64,000 bases of DNA from Steroidobacteraceae bacterium. GTDB lineage: Bacteria; Pseudomonadota; Gammaproteobacteria; Steroidobacterales; Steroidobacteraceae. The first letter of the stretch is position 1. Each line of letters begins with the position of its first letter. Positions 30,406-40,357 of this stretch are shown one piece after another. The stretch spans positions 21,680 through 85,679 of the forward strand of contig DASZSV010000084.1 of NCBI GenBank assembly GCA_035548495.1. The letters are read 5' to 3'. Below the pieces are notes generated by a model. The model had not been told where the DNA came from. It saw only the letters and a program-made list of their open reading frames with translations, and did no database searches. The translations under genes were made by a program, and so were the position numbers.

Positions 30406-30616
30406 CGGTGCAAACTCGGCAAGGTCGTGTGTAAAGGGCCGCTATGTTAGCAGTTACCGCAATTGCATGCATTTATGGCTTAAAGCCAAGATTTCACCGC
30501 TATTCGCGCACGCGCCGGTACGTATAGTCGGCCTCATTCTGTAATAAATCCCTGTCAACGTTGTTTTTACCTTTGTTTTCGACCGTTGTTATTGACTTGT
30601 GAATATGGAGATCTGC

Positions 30617-32197
30617 ATGACCCTGCCTGTTGCCAAACCGACGCCGGCGCGATTCCCGTTGATGTTGAGCGCCGCGCTTGTTCCATTGGCTGTACTCGTG
30701 ACTTCCACGGCCCATGCCGACCTGACTGACCTGATCAATGCTGGACAATTGGCCGGTTACAATGAGATTCGCTTTCAATCCGCCGTTGCAACACAAGCAG
30801 TTTACGATCAACTGAAGACTGCCGGTTGCGATGACGCACAAACCGGACCTACGGCCAAGTGCGGCAACGGTGCATATCTGGTATGGCGCAATGTCCGCGA
30901 AGTGGTGCATAACGCGAATTACTGGTCGAATCAGCTCAACGCCAATGGCGTGCAAAAACCCACGACATTCACACTGGGCCGCACCGTTGCGCAACTGGGC
31001 GGCGCACTGCAGTGGTGTAACGGCGAAGAATTCGCTTCATTGAATTCGCTTTCCACCAGTTTCATCTCCGCACAAACCAGCAGTCTTGCAGCACGCGTCA
31101 CTGCGCTGCGCTTTGGCGCCAGCGGCTTTCACGCCGCCAACGTCAGTTTGAATGATGATGAATCTCTGGCGTATGACATTGCGCCGCGCGGCGGCGGCGC
31201 CAGCGCCGATGATGACAGCGATGATGATTACGACAGCGCACACAGCCCGTGGTCGGTGTGGGGCATCTTTGGCAACGGCAGTTACATCAAGGGCGAAAAA
31301 GCCCCCACCGGTTCCGAAGAAGGATTTGACTACAAGGGTCCTTCATTCAACATCGGTGTTGATCATCGCGTATCACAGCACTGGGTACTGGGCGCGATGA
31401 CGGGTTACCAGAAACAAAGCCTAGACTTCACTCCCTTTCTCAACAACCTTGCCGTGGGTGGCTCGGACATGAGCGGCTTTTCAGTGCAGCCCTATGCGCT
31501 GTATGAATCGGATCACTGGTATCTCAATCTGTCACTGGGTTATCAGAACATCAAGTTTGATACCAATCGCATCGTCAACTACGGCACTCAGGCAGGCACG
31601 ATACTGCCGGTGACCATCACTGTCGCGCACAACACCACCGACGACAGCGCCGCACATGCGGGCAGCCTGTCCAGTTATGACACGCTGGGCTTTTCCATCC
31701 GGCCGGTGGCCGCATGGTCCATTGAACCATCGCTGTCGCTGGACTATCAGCACATTCATATCGGGCAATTCACCGAGAATGATCTCAACAACCAGGGCTT
31801 TGCATTCACCGTCGATGGACAGACCATCAACTCCATTGAAGGTATTCCTGAACTGCGCATGCAGTACACCTTTACGCCGCACTTCGGTGTGTGGACACCC
31901 TATGTGGATGTGCAATGGCATCATCAATTCAACACCAGTCCACGCACCATCAATGCCATTTATGCCGATGCCCAGAACCTGCTGACACCCGCAGCCAGTT
32001 TCACCATCAAGACCGATGAACTGGATCCCTGGTACCAGGTTTATGCCGCCGGCATTGCCGCGGTGATTCGCGGTTCATCGGCAGGCGAAACTCACAGCAG
32101 CGGTGGTTTGCAACTGTATGCAAACTATCGCCGCTATGAAGGATTGAGAAATTACAAACAACAGATATATGCCGCCGGATTGCGGTACGAGTTTTAG
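30617..32197 (+). CDS. autotransporter-type outer-membrane beta-barrel protein with short (~200 aa) passenger
   Basis: Start set at ATG 30617 (GGAG SD 6 nt upstream; track start 30599 is GTG); signal peptide ...TSTAHA; acidic linker DDDSDDDYD; alternating beta-strand pattern; C-terminal AAGLRYEF. Confidence 0.8.
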   Translation: MTLPVAKPTPARFPLMLSAALVPLAVLVTSTAHADLTDLINAGQLAGYNEIRFQSAVATQAVYDQLKTAGCDDAQTGPTAKCGNGAYLVWRNVREVVHNANYWSNQLNANGVQKPTTFTLGRTVAQLGGALQWCNGEEFASLNSLSTSFISAQTSSLAARVTALRFGASGFHAANVSLNDDESLAYDIAPRGGGASADDDSDDDYDSAHSPWSVWGIFGNGSYIKGEKAPTGSEEGFDYKGPSFNIGVDHRVSQHWVLGAMTGYQKQSLDFTPFLNNLAVGGSDMSGFSVQPYALYESDHWYLNLSLGYQNIKFDTNRIVNYGTQAGTILPVTITVAHNTTDDSAAHAGSLSSYDTLGFSIRPVAAWSIEPSLSLDYQHIHIGQFTENDLNNQGFAFTVDGQTINSIEGIPELRMQYTFTPHFGVWTPYVDVQWHHQFNTSPRTINAIYADAQNLLTPAASFTIKTDELDPWYQVYAAGIAAVIRGSSAGETHSSGGLQLYANYRRYEGLRNYKQQIYAAGLRYEF

Positions 32198-32204
32198 CGA
32201 TTCA

Positions 32205-32254
32205 GGAACCTCTGAAAAACCGTCGCGAGCGAGGACAGGTTGTTCAGAGGTTCC
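32205..32254 (+). other. 12-bp perfect stem-loop between the barrel and lipoprotein genes
   Basis: ggaacctctgaa (32205-32216) pairs with ttcagaggttcc (32243-32254), 26-nt loop, no U-tract. Confidence 0.5.
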
Positions 32255-32366
32255 GGTGCAGGGATGCGATGCTGCGATTGATGCGTATTGCTGATTGCGC
32301 TTGAAGCTGTTTGCATGTTGTCTTTGGCGTCACTCCCCATTTCCAGAATATGTACAGGAGACTGCT

Positions 32367-35300
32367 ATGCGGTTCGTCACTCTCACTGCCGGTCCGGCAA
32401 CGCGCTGGCCGGAAAAATTATTGCAGGGCATGTTATTGCTGCTGCTGGTTGCATTGTGCGGTTGTCATCCACGTCCCACGCCGGGACCGCATCCGGTGCA
32501 TGGTTACGTCAATGCGCGAATATTTTCCGATGTTGCAGGAGTTGCAGCATTACCCAATTCACTGGTGGCTGTGCCGGATATTGAAGTCACTGCAAAGAAT
32601 GTCAGCACCGGTGCAATGAGTGCACCCGTAAAAACCGATCCTTATGGATACTTTCGTACGGGTGATCTTGCCCCGGGCAAGTACCAGATCTGCGTCAGCG
32701 GCAGCAACTTCGTCAACAGTTGTGACAGCCAGACCATCACCATTGACTTCTATGTGCATGTGATGGATCACATCATCATCATTCCCGCCAAACAGCATGT
32801 GGTTACTGGCACAGTAAAACTCGCCGACAACACGACACCCTGCTTCTGGTACAACCCGTCATTCGATCCCGGCTTTGTCATGACCGCCAAGGTATCGCTG
32901 CAAGACAGCAGTGGCACTGTGGTCGCCGGCCCCATTCGTGGCAACAGTGTGGGCCAGTATGTCATCCCCACCACGGCAGCTCCCGGTTCATACAAGGTGA
33001 TGGTCGAATGCGAAGCGGAACATGCCGACGCCACCATCGCGTTGACAACGGCAAGCCTCAAACAGGACTTTGTACTCAGGAATCATCCACCCGCTGTCAA
33101 TTTGCCTGAATCGTACCTGGGCACCACGGGTGTGCGTCGAGCCAGTCCCGGCGATGTGCTCAACATCAAGGCGCCTGCCAGCGATGCAGATCATGACACG
33201 CTGCATTATCACTGGCTGGATGACAACAATCCCGCTGCGGCGTTTGCCGACAACGCCACACTGAGCTGGACAGCACCGGCAAACACCGGGCCACATGCAT
33301 TGCGCGTACTGGTGTCGGATGGGCGCGGCGGTTATGCCATCAGCCGCACCGTGATGAATGTAGGTCCGGATGAAATGATTTTCTCCGGCACAGCATTTAA
33401 TCGTCAGACACATGGTGCATTGAAAGATGTGATCGTTGATATCAATGGTGTATCCGCAAACACGGATGTAAATGGTCACTTCCTGATCAAGGTGCCCGAC
33501 CGGCCACGCTTTGTGTTGAATGCCAACAAGCCCGGCTTCGCTTTGACCTCGCGCATTTTCTATGCACGCGCAGCCAACATTGAAGTGCCCATGGATGCTG
33601 TGCAAACCGCCACCGTGGATGGCAAGAACGGTGGCGAAGTCAGCATCAAGGTCACCGGTTGCAGGCCACAGCAAAAGAATGACAACAAGAACACCACGGC
33701 CGCGAGCCGCGAATGTCCACGCATTGACATCGGCACACTGACATTGAAATTCGGACCCAACTCACTGGTCTCCGGTGGTTCACCGTTCACCGGCACGGCA
33801 ACGGTTGAAGCATTTCAATATGATCTCTCACTACCCAATGCCATTCCCGGTGATCAAAGCGCCACGTACAAGGGCAAGGATGCACGTCTTGCCACCTTCG
33901 GCGCATTCCACATCACACCGCGTGATGCAGCGGGTCATCCTTTACAGATGGCGCCGGGCAAGACTGTTGCTGTCAGCATGCCCATTCATCCGCTGGCGCT
34001 GGCCTCCGCGCCAGCAACCATTCCCTTCTTCAGTTATGACGAAGCCAGTGGATTGTGGAAAGATCTGGGTGAACTCAAACGCGTTGGCAACAACTACACC
34101 GGCAAGATCACGCACTTCAGTGATTTCAACGCTGACACCGCCTTCACCACTTCATCGTGTCTGAAGATTGAGCTGGTGAACTTCCCGTCCACTGTGCGTT
34201 TGAATGCCACGTACAACAATCCGGCAGTGGGCAATTTCAATCATCCCAATTTTGAAACGGCCGACGCCACGCAACCCATTGCCATTGAACGCATGGCGCC
34301 GAATGAAGATTTCACCCTGGTGATTGATGACAATTCATCGGCACACACCATTCTGCAAAGTGTAGCGTTGAATTCAGGTCCACCCACCTCGGTTCCATTC
34401 CCGGTACCGCCGCCGTATACCGGCTGCAATGGGCCCATCAGCATTTACTACAACTCGATACCTGCAGCGCCCACCTTCCTGATCAGCGGCACTGCCAGTG
34501 GTCCTGCTGATTATCAGACACTGACCACCACTACTGCGCCATACACCAATCGCGATACCCTGCCTCACTGGTTATCCGCCAATGGATTCGGTGGTAGCGC
34601 AACTGAATCGCATGCAGTGTACTTCAACAATGGCGATCTCAAGTTTGGGCGCGACATGCATTGCCGCACCGTATCGCATGGCGGTTCAGGATTCAGTCAG
34701 GACTGGGTGGCGTGTTACGTGAGGAACTATGGCAATGTGGGACAGGACTTCAGTACACAACCCACGGTGTTGAATGGCGCTTATACAAACGCCACACCGG
34801 TTGCAACGGTCGCGATGGAATACCATCCGGATCAGGCCAGCAAGGTGCAATACTGGGCTTACGATAGCGGCGGTAGTTATCTCGCAAGTCCGACGCTAGA
34901 CTCGCAAGGACCCAAGCCCATTCCCGATATCTGCATCGCCTGTCATCAGGGAAGTTATGGCGGCACAGGAACACTTGCAGCAGGTTCCATCTTCCTGCCC
35001 TTCGATATTGATTCGTTCATCGGCGATGATGGCAATCCATTGCAGAACACATTGGGCACCGGCGCTCCCCGGCCATCACAGGAAGACTTCCGGCAACTCA
35101 ATGCATTTGTACTGCAAGCATCGGATGCCAGCACCACCGCAGGTGCAGGCGCGCCCAGTGCAGCCGTCCAGCGTTTGATGGACCTGTGGTACAAGGATGC
35201 AACACACACTGGCGTGACTGCTGCAGGCGCTACATTCCACTTTGATCAGGGTGCGGCACAGTTGAATACCAATGTGCCGGGTTCATTCCCCACCAATCCT

Positions 35301-35567
35301 GCACTCTATGACAGCGTGGTCAAACCCGTTTGCCGCACTTGTCATGTGGCGCGAGACCCTACGTTTGATACATGGGATTCGCTCTCGCAAATGACAGGAT
35401 TTGCAGGCTCGATCCAGTTGCTGGCATGCGGTCCTGCAACTTCACCGCCACACTTTACGATGCCGCATGCTGAAGTGCCGTATCGCCGCTTCTGGCAGAA
35501 CAGCCTGTCGTCAACGCTGGCATCGGAACTGTTTACGTCACTGAGCAATCACGACTGCCAGAATTGA
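32367..35567 (+). CDS. large (1066 aa) exported, possibly lipidated, multi-domain protein: CarboxypepD_reg-like/Ig-like domains plus C-terminal region with two CXXCH motifs
   Basis: Start moved to MRFVTLTAG... (ATG 32367, AGGAG SD 7 nt upstream); hydrophobic h-region LLLLLVALCGC; repeated beta-sandwich-like segments; CIACH at 34932-34946 and CRTCH at 35331-35345. Confidence 0.75.
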   Translation: MRFVTLTAGPATRWPEKLLQGMLLLLLVALCGCHPRPTPGPHPVHGYVNARIFSDVAGVAALPNSLVAVPDIEVTAKNVSTGAMSAPVKTDPYGYFRTGDLAPGKYQICVSGSNFVNSCDSQTITIDFYVHVMDHIIIIPAKQHVVTGTVKLADNTTPCFWYNPSFDPGFVMTAKVSLQDSSGTVVAGPIRGNSVGQYVIPTTAAPGSYKVMVECEAEHADATIALTTASLKQDFVLRNHPPAVNLPESYLGTTGVRRASPGDVLNIKAPASDADHDTLHYHWLDDNNPAAAFADNATLSWTAPANTGPHALRVLVSDGRGGYAISRTVMNVGPDEMIFSGTAFNRQTHGALKDVIVDINGVSANTDVNGHFLIKVPDRPRFVLNANKPGFALTSRIFYARAANIEVPMDAVQTATVDGKNGGEVSIKVTGCRPQQKNDNKNTTAASRECPRIDIGTLTLKFGPNSLVSGGSPFTGTATVEAFQYDLSLPNAIPGDQSATYKGKDARLATFGAFHITPRDAAGHPLQMAPGKTVAVSMPIHPLALASAPATIPFFSYDEASGLWKDLGELKRVGNNYTGKITHFSDFNADTAFTTSSCLKIELVNFPSTVRLNATYNNPAVGNFNHPNFETADATQPIAIERMAPNEDFTLVIDDNSSAHTILQSVALNSGPPTSVPFPVPPPYTGCNGPISIYYNSIPAAPTFLISGTASGPADYQTLTTTTAPYTNRDTLPHWLSANGFGGSATESHAVYFNNGDLKFGRDMHCRTVSHGGSGFSQDWVACYVRNYGNVGQDFSTQPTVLNGAYTNATPVATVAMEYHPDQASKVQYWAYDSGGSYLASPTLDSQGPKPIPDICIACHQGSYGGTGTLAAGSIFLPFDIDSFIGDDGNPLQNTLGTGAPRPSQEDFRQLNAFVLQASDASTTAGAGAPSAAVQRLMDLWYKDATHTGVTAAGATFHFDQGAAQLNTNVPGSFPTNPALYDSVVKPVCRTCHVARDPTFDTWDSLSQMTGFAGSIQLLACGPATSPPHFTMPHAEVPYRRFWQNSLSSTLASELFTSLSNHDCQN

Positions 35568-35586
35568 TCCGCAAGGCAAGTTGTTC

Positions 35587-35622
35587 AACGCCACTGATTG
35601 ACTCAATCAGTGGCGTTTTTTA
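35587..35622 (+). terminator. rho-independent terminator of the large lipoprotein gene
   Basis: aacgccactgattg-actc-caatcagtggcgtt (14-bp perfect stem) followed by TTTTTTATT. Confidence 0.8.
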
Positions 35623-35690
35623 TTGCTCATGCACAACGTGCTGTTTCATGCAGAAAACATTGAACACGTCATGCCGGATGATAGTGAAGA

Positions 35691-36875
<1,185 letters not shown>

Positions 36876-37098
36876 TTATTGCGGCTTCGTTACTGTGATG
36901 TGACAACACACCGATAGTGTCGAAGTTCCCGTTCATTGACAACAGCAATCGGGATTTATCTCCCTCACTGTCGCCGATTGTTGTGAAAGATGCTGCTTTT
37001 GTTCTTTGGCAATACTCATTTTGATATTCATTGATCATCGCATGAAGGTATATAAATGCCCCTTGCACACTTGCCTCTTCAATTCACATCATCAATAC

Positions 37099-38082
37099 AT
37101 GAAATATTCCGCGTGCCTGATCGCATTGACCTTGTCTGCACTGTGTTCACTTTGCGTATTCGCAACAGACCCGCCGCAGGAATCCATGGCGGCCATTTTC
37201 GCCCGCCAGGCAGCCATTCCAGATACTGTCGGAACGGGCCCTTTCGCGGCGTTAAAGGAAGAAGTGAGTTCACTGCCCGATCATGTGGTTTATCGTCCTG
37301 CGCATCTGGATCAACTCGGCAAAACCAGACTGGGCATTTATATTTTTGGTAACGGCGCATGCAGCGACGATGGCGCAAGTTCACGTCTGCATCTGCTGGA
37401 GATTGCATCACATGGTTACATTGCGATTGCACCCGGACGCATTCGCAACGGCCCCGGCACCACAAAGCCATTGGACCCGCCCAGGCCCATGCAAATTGAT
37501 GCGGCAGGCAAGCCCATCTTTCCACCACCGCCCACCAAGTCCACTGATTTGATTACCGCACTGGATTGGGCATTGAAACAGAATGCCGATCCACACAGCC
37601 CTTACTACAACAAGATTGATGACAAGGCAGTGGCAGTATCGGGTTACAGTTGTGGTGGCCTGCAGGCATTGCGTGTGGCCACTGATCCACGCATCAAGAC
37701 CGTGATCATCATGAACAGCGGCATCTTCATTCCCGGCACCGGACCCAGTCTGCCGGAAATGGATTTGCCCAAATCACATCTCGACTTGTTGCATACACCG
37801 GCGTTGTACATTCTTGGTGGTCCAACAGACATTGCCTATAACAATGGCGTGGACGACTTCAATCACATCAATGATGTGCCGGCGTTTCTCGGTAACGTAT
37901 TGAATGTGGGACACGGCGGCACTTACTGGCAACCCAATGGCGGCAAAGCGGCGCAAGCCGTCGTCGCGTGGCTGGATTGGCAATTGCGCAATGACAAGAA
38001 GGCCGCGGCAATGTTCGTCGGCAAGCACTGTGGTCTGTGTACCGATCCCGCATGGGAAGTGAGAAAGAAGATGATTGATTGA
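37099..38082 (+). CDS. secreted alpha/beta hydrolase (dienelactone hydrolase/chlorophyllase-like)
   Basis: Start moved to MKYSACLIALTLSALCSLCVFA (ATG 37099); GxSxG-type elbow VSGYSCGG; late HGG. Confidence 0.7.
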   Translation: MKYSACLIALTLSALCSLCVFATDPPQESMAAIFARQAAIPDTVGTGPFAALKEEVSSLPDHVVYRPAHLDQLGKTRLGIYIFGNGACSDDGASSRLHLLEIASHGYIAIAPGRIRNGPGTTKPLDPPRPMQIDAAGKPIFPPPPTKSTDLITALDWALKQNADPHSPYYNKIDDKAVAVSGYSCGGLQALRVATDPRIKTVIIMNSGIFIPGTGPSLPEMDLPKSHLDLLHTPALYILGGPTDIAYNNGVDDFNHINDVPAFLGNVLNVGHGGTYWQPNGGKAAQAVVAWLDWQLRNDKKAAAMFVGKHCGLCTDPAWEVRKKMID

Positions 38083-38181
38083 GCCACAACACGCAATCAG
38101 TCTTGATCAAGCCGGCAGGGCAACTCTTGCTGTATGGCTGATTTCGCAAGCATGACTGATCCGTGCTTGCTATATGTTCAC

Positions 38182-39168
38182 TTAACGCCGTTTGGCAGGA
38201 CGATAACGCTGCAAACTGCTGTTCGGTGCCTCTGGCCGGGTCATGACAATCAAACCGGCTTTCAATGCGGGCTGTAGATAACGTTCGCGAAATGACTTGC
38301 GATCACTCAGCTTTAGAGCAGCAAGCAATTCATCGCGGGACATTTCCTTTTGCAGCACTTTGAGAAGCGCCCTGACTTGAGGGGTCACTTGAGGGGTGAC
38401 TTGGGGGGCCGATTCCCTTAGCGCCTTCAGGACCATCCTGAGCATGAATTCAATGAATGCAGCAGAGTCAACTTCCCTGGTGCTTCGTTTGATGGCCTCA
38501 TAGTAGGCGCGCTGATTTGTGTGCACCAGGCTTTCTACCGGGATGTAGCGGAATACCGGATTCCAGTGACTCAGTATCAGCGTCTGCCAAAGGCGCCCCA
38601 TACGACCATTGCCATCACTGAATGGGTGAATGAACTCGAATTCGTAATGAAACACACTGCTGGCGATCAGCGCATGCTGAGCGGATGATTTGAGCCATTT
38701 GAACAAATCACGCATCAGAATCGGCGCCCTGCTGGCAGGCGGAGCCATATGAATGACCTGTTTGCCTCTCAATACACCAACGTTATCTGAACGATAACGT
38801 CCGGCATCGCTTGCCAAACCTTTCATCAACATGGAATGAGCCTTGAGAAGCGACTTTTCATTGAAAGGTTTCAGTTTCTCAAGCTTTTCGTAAACTGCAA
38901 TGGCATTACGCGCCTCAATGATATCCTTTTTTGGTGCGATTACTCTTTTCCCTTCAAGAATCGCCGTGATTTGTTCCTCATCTAGCGCATTGCCTTCAAT
39001 CGCAAGCGAACCATGAATCGATCTGATCCGGTTTATACGATTCAAGCGCAACGCTTTCACATACTCCGGTTGCGTCGCTATGCGACCGATCTGCTCACCG
39101 ATCTGCGCCACCAGTCTGATAATGGCGGGAGTGACAGTGTACGGCGGCTGCGGGGTTGGCTTAGACAT
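38182..39168 (-). CDS. Fic family protein (AMPylase-type), class II with N-terminal inhibitory helix and C-terminal wHTH-like tail
   Basis: Fic motif HPFSDGNGRMGR (38593-38628); inhibitory motif SLAIEGN (38989-39009); start ATG 39168 overlaps yjbQ stop (TAATG). Confidence 0.9.
   Translation of the reverse strand: MSKPTPQPPYTVTPAIIRLVAQIGEQIGRIATQPEYVKALRLNRINRIRSIHGSLAIEGNALDEEQITAILEGKRVIAPKKDIIEARNAIAVYEKLEKLKPFNEKSLLKAHSMLMKGLASDAGRYRSDNVGVLRGKQVIHMAPPASRAPILMRDLFKWLKSSAQHALIASSVFHYEFEFIHPFSDGNGRMGRLWQTLILSHWNPVFRYIPVESLVHTNQRAYYEAIKRSTREVDSAAFIEFMLRMVLKALRESAPQVTPQVTPQVRALLKVLQKEMSRDELLAALKLSDRKSFRERYLQPALKAGLIVMTRPEAPNSSLQRYRPAKRR
38373..38408 (-). repeat. 3 x 12-bp in-frame tandem repeat inside fic, encoding PQVTPQVTPQV
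   Basis: tgacttgagggg / tcacttgagggg / tgacttgggggg. Confidence 0.85.
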
Positions 39169-39590
39169 TATTTGTGCTCGCCATGAATGGTTACAACAAC
39201 CGTCCTTCGATGTGCTGCATGCCGCTGTTCCCATAGAAAAATTCCCTGCCATGTTCCAAGCAACAATTGACCCTGGCCCACAGGAATAGTAAGTGAGCAA
39301 TGGGTCAGTATGGTGCGAATATGTGCAGGCATATCATCCGGGCCTTCGGCATCATGTTCAAACAGCGGATCACCATCCGGCACCAGACGTGCGAAAAATC
39401 GTTCCAGATCCCGGCCCACCTCCGGATCGGCATTCTCGGAAATGATCAGCGATGCACTGGTATGCTGAACAAACACATTACACAGACCCGTGAGCACACT
39501 GCTTTTGGCAACCACCTGCTCCACCTGTGAAGTGATTTCGGTCAATCCGCGTCCGCGAGTGGCGATGTGCAAGGTTTGTTGCTCAATCAT
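39168..39590 (-). CDS. yjbQ: YjbQ/UPF0047 family protein (secondary thiamine-phosphate synthase family)
   Basis: 140 aa; HTSASLIISENADP, GPDDMPAHIR, LGTWQGIFLWE motifs. Confidence 0.85.
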   Translation of the reverse strand: MIEQQTLHIATRGRGLTEITSQVEQVVAKSSVLTGLCNVFVQHTSASLIISENADPEVGRDLERFFARLVPDGDPLFEHDAEGPDDMPAHIRTILTHCSLTIPVGQGQLLLGTWQGIFLWEQRHAAHRRTVVVTIHGEHK

Positions 39591-39873
39591 AGGGCTTCTT
39601 CAATAGTGAACTGATCGGACCATGAGTGTCCAGACTGGTGTTATCGAGCGCAATCATGTCGCGTGCAGTTAACCACCCGCCTTGCAGGAATCGGATGATA
39701 GCACTCGCCATGGACTTCCATTCGCCATCCAGCATCTGGACGTTGGAACAATTCAGGCGCATGATCGAACGGCGTAATCTTTCTTGTGCAACATAGCTGA
39801 GGAGACGTGCCATGGGTAGAGTGACAGGTTTCTGGGGACTGATAGTTTTAATAGCGGATGTCTGGGCCATCAT
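39583..39873 (-). CDS. hypothetical small protein, doubtful
   Basis: Stop overlaps yjbQ start by 8 nt (suggests coupling), but there is no SD at any candidate start (ATG 39873, 39813, 39762) and the 5' part overlaps the better-supported + strand ORF at 39812. Confidence 0.3.
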   Translation of the reverse strand: MMAQTSAIKTISPQKPVTLPMARLLSYVAQERLRRSIMRLNCSNVQMLDGEWKSMASAIIRFLQGGWLTARDMIALDNTSLDTHGPISSLLKKPYD

Positions 39874-39991
39874 CAACGTTGTTCAAAGCAACATCACCAC
39901 GGGAAAGAAAGTGCTGTGGACTGTATTGATCCTTGTGCTGCCAGTGCTTGGGTTTCTCATCTGGCTGATCGCGGGACCGAAGTCGAGGTGA
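39812..39991 (+). CDS. PLDc_N (cardiolipin synthase N-terminal-like) small two-TM membrane protein, 59 aa
   Basis: Not in ORF track (59 aa; no ORF in the track is shorter than 60 aa); my translation is MGRVTGFWGLIVLIADVWAIINVVQSNITTGKKVLWTVLILVLPVLGFLIWLIAGPKSR; GAGGAG SD 7 nt upstream. Confidence 0.6.
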   Translation: MGRVTGFWGLIVLIADVWAIINVVQSNITTGKKVLWTVLILVLPVLGFLIWLIAGPKSR

Positions 39992-40357
39992 CCGCATGTT
40001 TGTTCCGGTTTAGCGTGGCAGTTCTCAACTACAGGCTGTATTTTCGTTGCAGCCGCATATAGCACTGTTTGCAGTCCGACAACCAGATTTCCTGAGTTCG
40101 ACATGAATATTGTTGCTCTCTGGCTCTTGCTTCTTTTCACTCATCGAATTGAAATCAAGCAACGGCAATCCATCTTGTAACGCCATCAAAGTAGAGAACT
40201 AAAGAACTTCAACGTCTTCCATCTGTATTGGTGACTCAATGCCCAGTCGATACTTAAGAACCCGCTCATGCGGGCCAGGCTCATACTGAGCCTCTGTTAA
40301 ACTGGAAACATCGTATCGACCATCGTTCTTTATGCGATTTACGTGGATAACGGCTCA

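Noticed and set aside
39883-40140. 85-aa minus-strand ORF downstream of the PLDc_N gene
   Set aside because: Its 3' two-thirds overlaps the better-supported plus-strand PLDc_N ORF. Its start is GTG with no SD, and it has no recognisable motif.
40025-40186. 53-aa minus-strand ORF with a Cys-rich C-terminus (…SGCRTANSAICGCNENTACS), briefly considered as a RiPP-like precursor
   Set aside because: It has no SD, no adjacent maturation or export genes, and sits in an AT-rich region that may be decayed DNA. The evidence is too weak to report as a gene.
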